In this document: in pieces, positions 1-7,681 of the stretch
Layout of the letters: each line of letters opens with the position of its first letter
Numbering within the stretch: the stretch's first letter is position 1
From: Chthoniobacterales bacterium
Lineage (GTDB): Bacteria > Verrucomicrobiota > Verrucomicrobiia > Chthoniobacterales > SZAS-18
Length of the DNA: 64,000 nucleotides
Reading direction: 5' to 3'
Assembly (NCBI GenBank): GCA_038226705.1
Contig: JBBRQH010000020.1
Span: 4,293 to 68,292 of the forward strand
Program-made: the position numbers and the translations under genes
The notes under the pieces: model-generated
What the model saw: only the letters and a program-made list of their open reading frames with translations
Databases searched by the model: none
Told to the model about the DNA's origin: nothing

Positions 1-1081
1 GACAAAGCTGCCGGATGCGCGACAGGCTGACCTTTCGGCCAAAATGGCGGCAAATCATTCCAAGACTGGCCGCGCCGCAATCCATCTCATCGATTTGCTC
101 GATGTGATCGATCTTCTTGACGCGCCCGGCCCGCTTTTTGAACAGCCCTTCTTCATCGACGAAAGGATCCTCACCATCTTCGTTAGCCGGCTTCTCCCCA
201 TCGAGTGCCACCTTGTCGTGAACCTGCGATTCGGCCGGCAACATCTCGGTCGTGAAATCGAGCGGGATGCGCGCTTCTGTTTTGGCCTGATAAACGGCCA
301 GGCGCTCGCTTAACAGTTTCTCGAATTCCGGGAATCGCCCGCGCAGATCAAGAACTGCCTTGGGGTTGAGAGCCAGTAACTGGCAATCGGTGAATGCTTC
401 GACCGAAGCCGCGCGCGGCGAGCCATTCAGAATGGAGAGCTCACCGAAAAAATCACCCTCGCGATAAAAAGCCAGGTTCCTTTCCTTACCATTGACCCCG
501 GCAAAGGCGCGGGCGCGACCCTTCTCGATCACAAACATGGGCCCGGCTTCGTCGCCCTGCCGAATAATCAAATTGCCCTTGGTCACGCCGATCGGTTCCA
601 GCTTGTCGATCACGCTGCGCAACGCGATCGCAGGCAGGCGCCCGAAATTGCTGAACTGGTAAAGGAAGCTTTGCAAAGCCCGACTGCGGCCTGTCATCTC
701 GACGTAACGCTTCAAATCCGGCACCTGTTCGATCAGTTGCAGAAAGTCTTTTCGATCAATCCGCAAAACGTCCACCGCCGTGCTGCATCGGACAGTCGCG
801 CTGCGCATCCCGCCGTCGGCCAGCGCGGCTTCGCCGAAACTGTCTCCCGGTTTGAGTGCGCCCAGCGGAATTTCCTCGCCGTCCGCTTTGACTTTCAGCG
901 CGCGGGCGCGCCCATGGGTCAGAAGATAAAACGAATCGGCCGGATCATCCTGCCGAACGATCACGTCGCCAAATTCAAAATGCTCTTCCTGGAGGAGCGG
1001 CTCAAGCGCGGCAAAATGCTCTTCCGAAAGGAACTTGAAGGCGGCCGAGCGCCGCATGATTTCGAGATCGGGCGCTTTCAT
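1..1081 (-). CDS. ABC exporter, N-terminal part: two cyclic-nucleotide-binding domains followed by the start of a C39 (bacteriocin-processing) peptidase domain; the 3' end runs off the window
   Basis: Absent from the ORF track because there is no stop in the window. My reverse-strand translation from ATG 1081..1079 gives MKAPDLEIMRRSAAFKFLSEEHF.... It shows two cNMP-binding signatures (GDSFGEAALADGGMRSATV and GDFFGELSILNGSPRAASV), then DEMDCGAASLGMICRHFG, the catalytic-Cys motif of C39 peptidase domains. Confidence 0.85.
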   Translation of the reverse strand, partial: MKAPDLEIMRRSAAFKFLSEEHFAALEPLLQEEHFEFGDVIVRQDDPADSFYLLTHGRARALKVKADGEEIPLGALKPGDSFGEAALADGGMRSATVRCSTAVDVLRIDRKDFLQLIEQVPDLKRYVEMTGRSRALQSFLYQFSNFGRLPAIALRSVIDKLEPIGVTKGNLIIRQGDEAGPMFVIEKGRARAFAGVNGKERNLAFYREGDFFGELSILNGSPRAASVEAFTDCQLLALNPKAVLDLRGRFPEFEKLLSERLAVYQAKTEARIPLDFTTEMLPAESQVHDKVALDGEKPANEDGEDPFVDEEGLFKKRAGRVKKIDHIEQIDEMDCGAASLGMICRHFGRKVSLSRIRQLC

Positions 1082-2232
1082 TCCTGAACACTGCTTCCAT
1101 GCAGGCGCGGTTCGATGTGTCGGGCCGACAGTTCCGAGAAATGGCGGTAGAGGAGAATATTATCGATGCGCTCGTGCAGGCTCGGATCGTCTACTTTGGG
1201 CTCGGTTTTACTGGTGATTCGGTACAACTCAAAACCGTCGCCCCGGGTCAGCGGTTCCAGCACGTCTCCCACCGTGACGCTCAGGAATTTCTGCTGTAGA
1301 TCGTCCGGAATATCCTCCTGTAAAAACGACAGGAGTTTATACGGATACCGGCCTTCGGTCGCAACTTCCTCCATAGACATCCCATCTTCCTTCACGCAAA
1401 AGAGCGCTTCCTGTGCAGCATCGCGCGATTCCAACTCGATCACTTCAGTCTCGAAACGGGTGAGCGGCAACCGGAGGAGCGTCATCTCGCGCTGGCGCGC
1501 CTGCGGAGTCAGGAGAGAGTCGCGCCGGCGGCGATATTCCGACTCCATGCGCAGCATTTGCTCGAACCAGGGAGTGTCCCGCCCCAGTTTTTGCAGCCAG
1601 TCTGATAGCTGGTCTTTGGTCAAACCACTGTGTTCCAGGAAACAGCTGCGTTCGGCTTCGATGCTCTCGGCCTGCACTTCGTCATTAGCCGTGGCTGCGG
1701 ACGCAGCCATGCGCCAGTTCAGGTCTATCGTGATACGGTCGAGGTCACCCGATAAAATGATTTCCGCGGCGAAAAGCTGCCTCAGTTCATCTGGCGCGGA
1801 AAGATAACCGATTTCCTCGGCCGTCACTTCTTCCCCCAGGGCATTCAGGCAGGTTTGCCGCGCAAAATAGCCACCGAAATCATCCAGGGTAAGACCCCGC
1901 ATGGCCAACCACTGCTCGGTCTCCTCTGCCGTGATCAGATCATGGTCGTAGCGAAATTTCTCGGCGGCGTCGTCGATCGCATCCTCATCCAGCTCCATCT
2001 CCGCGGAGTCCGCCTGTTTTTCGGCCGCAACACGTCGCAGGAACGGCTGCCACAAGTCGTCCAACTGACCACGGAAAAGTGCCGCCTCAATCGCATCACG
2101 TGCCGTAAACTCCTGTCCCCCGCACGCGCACACGACCAGGTCATCGTGCGACACTGACTCAGTATTCGCCATTAAAAGGGCGTTTGTAGCGGGATTCGCG
2201 AAAGAAGTCGAGTCCATCGTTAACGCCATCAA
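1078..2232 (-). CDS. Putative peptide-maturation protein with a C-terminal parvulin/PpiC-like region
   Basis: 384-aa ORF. Its stop overlaps the exporter ATG (ATGA at 1078-1081). The C-terminal ~100 aa (ALFCVKEDGMSMEEVA...VGDVLEPLTRGDGFELYRITSK) look rotamase-like. From memory only, it resembles the PpiC-related maturation proteins found beside C39 ABC exporters. The start is ambiguous (2232, 2229, 2217 or 2172). Confidence 0.6.
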   Translation of the reverse strand: MMALTMDSTSFANPATNALLMANTESVSHDDLVVCACGGQEFTARDAIEAALFRGQLDDLWQPFLRRVAAEKQADSAEMELDEDAIDDAAEKFRYDHDLITAEETEQWLAMRGLTLDDFGGYFARQTCLNALGEEVTAEEIGYLSAPDELRQLFAAEIILSGDLDRITIDLNWRMAASAATANDEVQAESIEAERSCFLEHSGLTKDQLSDWLQKLGRDTPWFEQMLRMESEYRRRRDSLLTPQARQREMTLLRLPLTRFETEVIELESRDAAQEALFCVKEDGMSMEEVATEGRYPYKLLSFLQEDIPDDLQQKFLSVTVGDVLEPLTRGDGFELYRITSKTEPKVDDPSLHERIDNILLYRHFSELSARHIEPRLHGSSVQE

Positions 2233-2409
2233 ATCGTCGTTTCTCAGTAAGGGCGAGCTTCATCGAGCCGGCCCGTAAGCTTTATTCGTCCGATGGACGG
2301 CGGCCCCAGCTAGGAAAGGGATCATCCGCGGCCTTGGCTAACGGCGGAAGGCGTCCTCGAATCGTTTTTTGTTTTTCTCATTGCGCGGAAGCAGATGGAG
2401 AGGCATATA

Positions 2410-2423
2410 TGTTCATATGAACA
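2410..2423. promoter_or_regulatory. Candidate LexA (SOS) operator, TGTTCATATGAACA
   Basis: Perfect match to the published Verrucomicrobia LexA motif TGTTC-N4-GAACA. It forms a 16-bp perfect palindrome (2409-2424) in a divergent intergenic region, about 75 bp upstream of ATG 2497. Confidence 0.5.
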
Positions 2424-2496
2424 TTCACCGCATACGCGCTGCCTTCCTCAGACGCCGGGTTCGCCGGGCTAAACCCACCCAACTTGAACTCAACCT

Positions 2497-2718
2497 ATGG
2501 CCGAAGAGCCGCCGTTAGACAGACTTAAGTCGGTCTTTGATCTGATCCGCGAACGCGCCAACTACGCGCTTAAGGTCATCGCGGAGTTCGAGGAGGTGAA
2601 ATCGCTGCGCTGGCGCTGCCTCGTGTGCGGTCACGTCAAAGGCTTTACCCGCCGCGTTCCTGTGGAAGTCGCGTTTCCCTGCCCCAAGTGCCAGGGCTCA
2701 GATTTTATTAGAGACTGA
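2497..2718 (+). CDS. Small helical + C4 zinc-ribbon protein (73 aa), TraR/DksA-like architecture
   Basis: ORF with sensible composition. An N-terminal amphipathic helix is followed by CLVC-x17-CPKC. Confidence 0.65.
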   Translation: MAEEPPLDRLKSVFDLIRERANYALKVIAEFEEVKSLRWRCLVCGHVKGFTRRVPVEVAFPCPKCQGSDFIRD

Positions 2719-2746
2719 AATGACCGCGGGACAGCCACTGTCAGGT

Positions 2747-2771
2747 AGGGACGTCTCTCCGAGACGTCCCT
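2747..2771. repeat. Perfect 11-bp-stem palindromic hairpin (AGGGACGTCTC-tcc-GAGACGTCCCT)
   Basis: Read directly from the sequence. It is one of five GACGTC-containing elements between 2750 and 2946. Confidence 0.8.
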
Positions 2772-2899
2772 GCTTGGGTTCGGTCGCCTGTGCGTCGACG
2801 TCCGACAGTGACTTCAGGTTGGCCGCCTCTTTCGCCTGCAGTAACCTTGCATCAGCCATTAGATTTCGACGACAAGGGAGATAGGGACGTCGACTGCAA

Positions 2900-2934
2900 C
2901 GCCGGGAGAGAAATCTCCCGGCGTTTCTCTTTAT
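2900..2934 (+). terminator. Rho-independent terminator
   Basis: 10-bp stem CGCCGGGAGA/TCTCCCGGCG with a GAAA loop, followed by TTTCTCTTTAT. It lies downstream of the 73-aa gene. Confidence 0.6.
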
Positions 2935-3024
2935 AGCACGGACGTCGCGCTGCAGCGTCCGCCCTCCCTGAATCGCTTGACCGGTTGCTATTCTGGAATT
3001 CCTGGTGCAGACCGCTAACTGCAA

Positions 3025-3408
3025 ATGCACGCTCTTTTCAGAAAAAGATCCACGCGGGTTCTTCTGCTCACACTCTGCGCTGTTTTCGGATTGTTTTTGG
3101 TCAGGAGTTACAACGGCGCCGTGCAGCAAAACGGCACCCGCGCTGTGGCTGCCCTGTTCGGTCACGCTATTTACGAGATTCAACAGGCCCCTCCCGGCAT
3201 CCAGAGAGTCGAAATTTTTCTCGGACGACTCAAAGCGATCGATTCGAGGAAGAGTCCCCCGGAAGTGCAACAGGCGCTTCGCAATTACATCGCCGCAATC
3301 GAACCCTCCCTCCAGGCGGCCCGGACCGGTCAAAGTATCGTGCCCTACGACCATGCTATTGCTCAAGCCAAACAGCGACTGGTAGATGTCGTCCGCGACA
3401 ACGAATAG
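3025..3408 (+). CDS. Small membrane-anchored or secreted hypothetical protein (127 aa)
   Basis: N-terminal hydrophobic segment RVLLLTLCAVFGLFLV. The two overlapping ORFs in other frames are R/S/P-rich and look spurious. Confidence 0.6.
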   Translation: MHALFRKRSTRVLLLTLCAVFGLFLVRSYNGAVQQNGTRAVAALFGHAIYEIQQAPPGIQRVEIFLGRLKAIDSRKSPPEVQQALRNYIAAIEPSLQAARTGQSIVPYDHAIAQAKQRLVDVVRDNE

Positions 3409-3525
3409 TCGGAAAGCTGGCCCGGGAGGTTCGCGTTTGACGGCCGCGGCCCCAGATTTTCGATTTCACGAAATCGACACACGATCGCAACCAAATCGCC
3501 ATGCGAAGGGTTCAACCTTTACTCC

Positions 3526-3813
3526 ATGGATATAGACGCTCTGCACTCGACCCTCCTTTCGATCACCCTCGTTTCGGATAAACTTCGCTCCACCCGCGAG
3601 AATCTTTGCGTCATGACCGATGTCCGGTCGGATGTAGCGGAATCCCTCGCGCATGCGGAAAGCGATTTGCGCGTGGCCAAGGCAACCCTGGCGGGCGAGC
3701 TCGGATTCAATTTGTGTCCGCGCTGCTGGCCACCGGAAATCGTCACGACCGATCGAGATGGTCGAGTGAATTGTCCCGCCTGCGGCCAGATTTCTTACGA
3801 TCGAGCGGCCTGA
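3526..3813 (+). CDS. Small coiled-coil + C4 zinc-ribbon protein (95 aa)
   Basis: About 57 aa of helical hairpin, then CPRC-x15-CPAC. Same architecture as the 73-aa protein at 2497. Confidence 0.6.
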   Translation: MDIDALHSTLLSITLVSDKLRSTRENLCVMTDVRSDVAESLAHAESDLRVAKATLAGELGFNLCPRCWPPEIVTTDRDGRVNCPACGQISYDRAA

Positions 3814-3901
3814 TTTCGGACGGCGGTCTCGCGACCCGGGCAGGGGCGATTGACCCCAATCGCCTGAGGCGGTTGAGCAACGCCTTCATCCGATTTCCGG
3901 T

Positions 3902-4684
3902 TCACTTCACCAGCGTGATTTTCCAGAAGTCATCCGATAGGTTCGCGTCGAGCAGATACGCGTACGGCATCGTGAAGTAACCTTTCGTTCCCCAGGCATT
4001 TCCCCACGAATTGCGCATGCGAAACCGGCTGAGCTTGTCGTTGTAGCCCACCACCATGACAGCATGGCCGCCGAGGACATGCTCGCGCTGCGCCGGCATC
4101 GGGATAATGCCCGTCCTCGCTGACTCTTCGCTCTCGAAGCTTTCGTAAACGGTAAATCCGATGACAAAAGGATAGCCTGAGGCGAGGCAGCCTTTCATTT
4201 GCGAAAGATTGCGCCGCACCCGCTGATATTGCACGGCGGTATGCTTGAGCGCTTCCTTGTAGCAAGGCGCTGACGGTTTCTTCGCCAGATGTGCATTGGG
4301 CGGGAAAGGCGCCGGATCGTAGGGCCACATTTTCTCTGGGCAAACACCCTGCTTGCCCACGCTCTTTATTCCATCCCTGATCATGGCGCCGGCATCCTCC
4401 TTGATCGTGTTCTCCATCACGCGCTCGTTGTAGTAGATGAACAGACGCGATGGCACGAAGGCGTTGCGCATCTTCTGTTTCATCTGGTCGAACTGGATGG
4501 TCCCTCCGATCGCATTGGCCGTGCAGCTGCCGATCTCGCCTTGGTCGTAAACAGCAGGGCACTTATTCGTTAGGTCGATTTTGGCCGGTAACTTGGACAG
4601 AATCGAGGGAGCGGCCGCAAAAACGTAATCCCGATGATCGGGCAGATCGGGAATCCAACCGTAACGAGCAACTTTACGAGGCAT
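3902..4684 (-). CDS. Papain-family (C1) cysteine peptidase with no signal peptide
   Basis: Catalytic motifs QGEIGSCTANA (Cys), GGHAVMVVGY (His) and NSWGNAWG (Asn/Trp). The N-terminus MPRKVARYGWIPDLPDHRDY is not hydrophobic. Confidence 0.85.
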   Translation of the reverse strand: MPRKVARYGWIPDLPDHRDYVFAAAPSILSKLPAKIDLTNKCPAVYDQGEIGSCTANAIGGTIQFDQMKQKMRNAFVPSRLFIYYNERVMENTIKEDAGAMIRDGIKSVGKQGVCPEKMWPYDPAPFPPNAHLAKKPSAPCYKEALKHTAVQYQRVRRNLSQMKGCLASGYPFVIGFTVYESFESEESARTGIIPMPAQREHVLGGHAVMVVGYNDKLSRFRMRNSWGNAWGTKGYFTMPYAYLLDANLSDDFWKITLVK

Positions 4685-4777
4685 ACACGGTTCCGATGCA
4701 CAAGTTATGCCAGAATGTAGCGCGCATGACCAAACATCCTTGTTGTCCGACGGATCGGCTCGCTATGCTTTCTGTCA

Positions 4778-5503
4778 ATGCTTCGCCCCATTGCTGCGCT
4801 CGCCTTCCTCCTCTTCGGATTCTGTTCCTGCCTGGTGGCAGAGGAAGAAGACGCAACCGAAGAACGCGATTCTTCGGCCGGCCTGCCCAAAGAGTACGCT
4901 TCCAAATACCTGATCGCCTCGAGCACCCTCTCACCGGACAAGGGCATGGCTGTCATCTATCCGAAGGAAGACGATGAAAAAGGCAAGGATTTCCTCGTCG
5001 CGCTAAAGCCATTCAAAATTCTCGCGACCCTGGAGACCAATTCGCCCTACTTCGCCCATCAGAGTCACGGCGGCATCAATGCCGAATGGTCGCCCGACAA
5101 TTCGATCGCGCTCATCACGCTCGATAGTAAATGGGGGCCAGGCGATGTCCTGCTCTACGAGATTCGTGATGGTAAACTGGCGCGCTTCACGAACCTGCTG
5201 GGCAAGATCCACGAGCTGCTCAAACCGGACTATCAGAAAGTGAAACCCGAACCGTATAATGATGAGATCGATTTCATCTTCGACGATGACATGACTGGGG
5301 GTGGGGAAGGGGGCTCCAGGCAATGTGTTCTCGATGGGAGCGAGCGGGTCAAGATTCAGGCCGCCGCGACGACCGATCCGAAACACATCGGCGGGATCAA
5401 GGCGTGGGACGCGAAGTTCGAGGGCGTTTGGGACATCGCCCAGGCCAAATTCACATCCGAGAAAGTGACAAGAATATTTGGCGGAGTCCGCAAAGACGAC
5501 TGA
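4778..5503 (+). CDS. Secreted hypothetical protein (241 aa)
   Basis: N-terminal signal-like segment MLRPIAALAFLLFGFCSCLVAEE. I recognise no domain. Confidence 0.65.
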   Translation: MLRPIAALAFLLFGFCSCLVAEEEDATEERDSSAGLPKEYASKYLIASSTLSPDKGMAVIYPKEDDEKGKDFLVALKPFKILATLETNSPYFAHQSHGGINAEWSPDNSIALITLDSKWGPGDVLLYEIRDGKLARFTNLLGKIHELLKPDYQKVKPEPYNDEIDFIFDDDMTGGGEGGSRQCVLDGSERVKIQAAATTDPKHIGGIKAWDAKFEGVWDIAQAKFTSEKVTRIFGGVRKDD

Positions 5504-5521
5504 GGAACCGGGCCCAGACCC

Positions 5522-6016
5522 ATGCGCTACTTGAAAAGCGGACTGGCGGGAATTCTTGTGATCGCCGCCGCGTTGCTCGCCGCCGGCGAGTACTCATTGA
5601 TCAGGGGCCTTCCCGGGCCAGATTCAGCGACAAGGTCAGCGGCTGGGTGGGAGCCGCATGTTTCTGCTCTCTTGCTGGTCGCCTTCTGCATATGCGCCGC
5701 GTATCTGCTCGTTCGCAAGAAAACGGATCCCACTGCGGGAATTTATTGTCCAAACTGCCGGGCCGCGCAGGGGTTCGCGCTTGAGCCATCTCATGGCGAG
5801 CCCTTGGTAAGTCGCGGGGTCATGCACGCCGGTGGGATTCTTTTGGCGCTGCTTTACTATGGCGGCAAACAAAAGCGCTTTCGCTGCGGGAGCTGCCACC
5901 AGTTGTTTCATTCTCATACTCGCGGCACGCGAGGGTATTTTTTACTAACCTTGATTTTCGTAGCCATGATCCTTGTCCACCTCGTAGCGGATCTGCTTGA
6001 GATGTTCCAAACTTAG
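5522..6016 (+). CDS. Membrane protein with a split zinc ribbon (LITAF-like topology)
   Basis: CPNC, then a hydrophobic stretch (VMHAGGILLALLYYGG), then RCGSC, with further TM segments on both sides. Confidence 0.6.
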   Translation: MRYLKSGLAGILVIAAALLAAGEYSLIRGLPGPDSATRSAAGWEPHVSALLLVAFCICAAYLLVRKKTDPTAGIYCPNCRAAQGFALEPSHGEPLVSRGVMHAGGILLALLYYGGKQKRFRCGSCHQLFHSHTRGTRGYFLLTLIFVAMILVHLVADLLEMFQT

Positions 6017-6022
6017 AGACCG

Positions 6023-6484
6023 ATGACATTTAGAAAATTTGAAGGTCCATTCTCCGATGTCCGACTTCTCGGATGCCGTAATTTATTCCTGAGCGATCGA
6101 TTGATTCTCGATGTGGGCGAGTATCAGGAGAGTAATCCCGAGACGGTTGAGATTGATGGAGAAAAGGTGGAAAGCCACGTCGTCGGCCTAACGGAAACGT
6201 CCCGACTATGGCGATTCACTTTTGAGCGACCCTTCGTGCTGAGAACGCGCGACCGGGATATCCACGAGCAGGAGCCGGTGTCCCTCGAACTACCGGGCAA
6301 GTGTTCATACAGCGAGGATTCCGATTGGCTGCGCTCGTTTGAGACCGATCCCAACGTGCGCAGCTTTATCCCCACGCACTACATCTTCGAGTTAGTCGAG
6401 TATACCGTCGAAATCATCGGAGATGATTCGCCCGCGGTGGAAGAGATCGCTAATGAGTTGGGTGATGTCCGCGGCGATGATTAG
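6023..6484 (+). CDS. Acidic cytoplasmic hypothetical protein (153 aa), visibly lower GC
   Basis: ORF starts 7 nt after the preceding stop. The DNA is AT-richer than its surroundings. No recognisable motif. Confidence 0.55.
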   Translation: MTFRKFEGPFSDVRLLGCRNLFLSDRLILDVGEYQESNPETVEIDGEKVESHVVGLTETSRLWRFTFERPFVLRTRDRDIHEQEPVSLELPGKCSYSEDSDWLRSFETDPNVRSFIPTHYIFELVEYTVEIIGDDSPAVEEIANELGDVRGDD

Positions 6485-6558
6485 GGCCGCCCCGACACTC
6501 CACTTTCCCAAGCCTATCTTTGAATATCAAGCCAAGCCAACATGTCTGATCTTTCACC

Positions 6559-6957
6559 ATGTACAAGAATTTTATCAGCGCCGCCGCCGTCCTCCTGTCT
6601 TTTTGCCTCTGCCAGGCCGAGAATAACCCTACGAAAACGTCGCAGTCAGAGACAGGCATTGAAGGAGCTATCCTGATGAGTCCGGCGCATGGAGGGCCCA
6701 TCCGGGAAGGCATGTCGGACTCAAAACCTTTGGCCCGCGCGAAGTTCGTCGTGGGAAGGGCGGGGGAAACAAAGCCGGTTGCATCCTTCGTCACCGATGA
6801 AAAAGGAAACTTCCGAGTCTCGTTGCCGCCGGGTCATTACAGCGTCACGAGGGAAGGCGGCAAACGGGGAATCGGAAGCTTTGGTCCGTTCGACGTGGAA
6901 GTCGGAGCCGGGAAAATAACGTCCGTGCAATGGCACTGTGATAGTGGAATGCGGTAG
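6559..6957 (+). CDS. Secreted carboxypeptidase-regulatory-like (beta-sandwich) domain protein
   Basis: Signal peptide MYKNFISAAAVLLSFCLCQA. DEKGNFRVSLPPGHYSV is typical of CarboxypepD_reg-like domains. Confidence 0.6.
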   Translation: MYKNFISAAAVLLSFCLCQAENNPTKTSQSETGIEGAILMSPAHGGPIREGMSDSKPLARAKFVVGRAGETKPVASFVTDEKGNFRVSLPPGHYSVTREGGKRGIGSFGPFDVEVGAGKITSVQWHCDSGMR

Positions 6958-7007
6958 AGAGGACAGAGGACTCCAGTTCTGCCGCGTCTAACGCTAAGAC
7001 GGAAAGG

Positions 7008-7319
7008 CTATTTGCTCTTGGCCCGCACAATCACGGCCGCGATATCGGAAACGTCCACCAGTCCGTCGAAATATTCCAAGTCGGTCAGCTGGGTCAGGTG
7101 AACGAGTTTTTCACCGACCTTGTCGACCTTGCCACCGATCTTTTCGCCCGATTTCATGCGGAGTTCGACCGTTTGACCTGCGCTGCGCTGCAGGATGCTC
7201 AGAATGGTGTCACCCGGTTGGAGTTCAATTTTATTCTGAGCGGAGAGGGTTCCGAAGCTTGCGGTAAGGAGAAGTGCGGAAAGAAAAAGCAACCGTTTCA
7301 TCATGGAGCTTTTCTGCAC
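7008..7319 (-). CDS. Small secreted hypothetical protein (103 aa)
   Basis: Signal peptide KRLLFLSALLLTASFGTLSAQ, and the composition is coherent for a coding region. Confidence 0.55.
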   Translation of the reverse strand: MQKSSMMKRLLFLSALLLTASFGTLSAQNKIELQPGDTILSILQRSAGQTVELRMKSGEKIGGKVDKVGEKLVHLTQLTDLEYFDGLVDVSDIAAVIVRAKSK

Positions 7320-7445
7320 GAGGGGAGGGGCGTTGGCGACACTTTTTTAGCCTGAAGATCTGATCGACCCTTGTGAAAGACATCCGCCTTGGCAGAAGTT
7401 ACATCGCGACAGTTTACGCTCTACGCGCGCACTACGAGCGTAGAC

Positions 7446-7461
7446 TGGAGGCAAGGGGATT
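7446..7461 (-). repeat. 16-nt duplicate of the tRNA-Ala 3' end (TGGAGGCAAGGGGATT on the plus strand)
   Basis: Identical to 7609-7624, which is the T-arm 3' half plus acceptor strand of the tRNA. Confidence 0.85.
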
Positions 7462-7608
7462 ATCCAACGCTGCGCGTTGGCTCTGGATAATGAGCTTCGC
7501 TTTTAACCCTCGCGGCCAAACCGCCCCACCAGTCAAACCCCCAAGGGGGTTCGCATCCCGGTTGCGGGTAATAAGGGCTTTCAGTTTTTCAGCGTTTCCG
7601 CTTTCATT

Positions 7609-7681
7609 TGGAGGCAAGGGGATTCGAACCCCTGACATCCAGCTTGCAAAGCTGGCGCTCTACCAACTGAGCTATGCCCCC
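7609..7681 (-). tRNA. tRNA-Ala (anticodon UGC); CCA not encoded
   Basis: Reverse complement reads GGGGGCATAGCTCAGTTGGTAGAGCGCCAGCTTTGCAAGCTGGATGTCAGGGGTTCGAATCCCCTTGCCTCCA. The cloverleaf has a TGC anticodon loop and the G3:U70 alanine identity pair. Confidence 0.95.

Noticed and set aside
2158-2480. Short minus-strand ORFs (12-34 aa) upstream of the maturation gene as the exported precursor peptide
   Set aside because: None has a double-glycine-type leader or a hydrophobic/Cys-rich core. Several overlap the LexA box or the 384-aa gene start.
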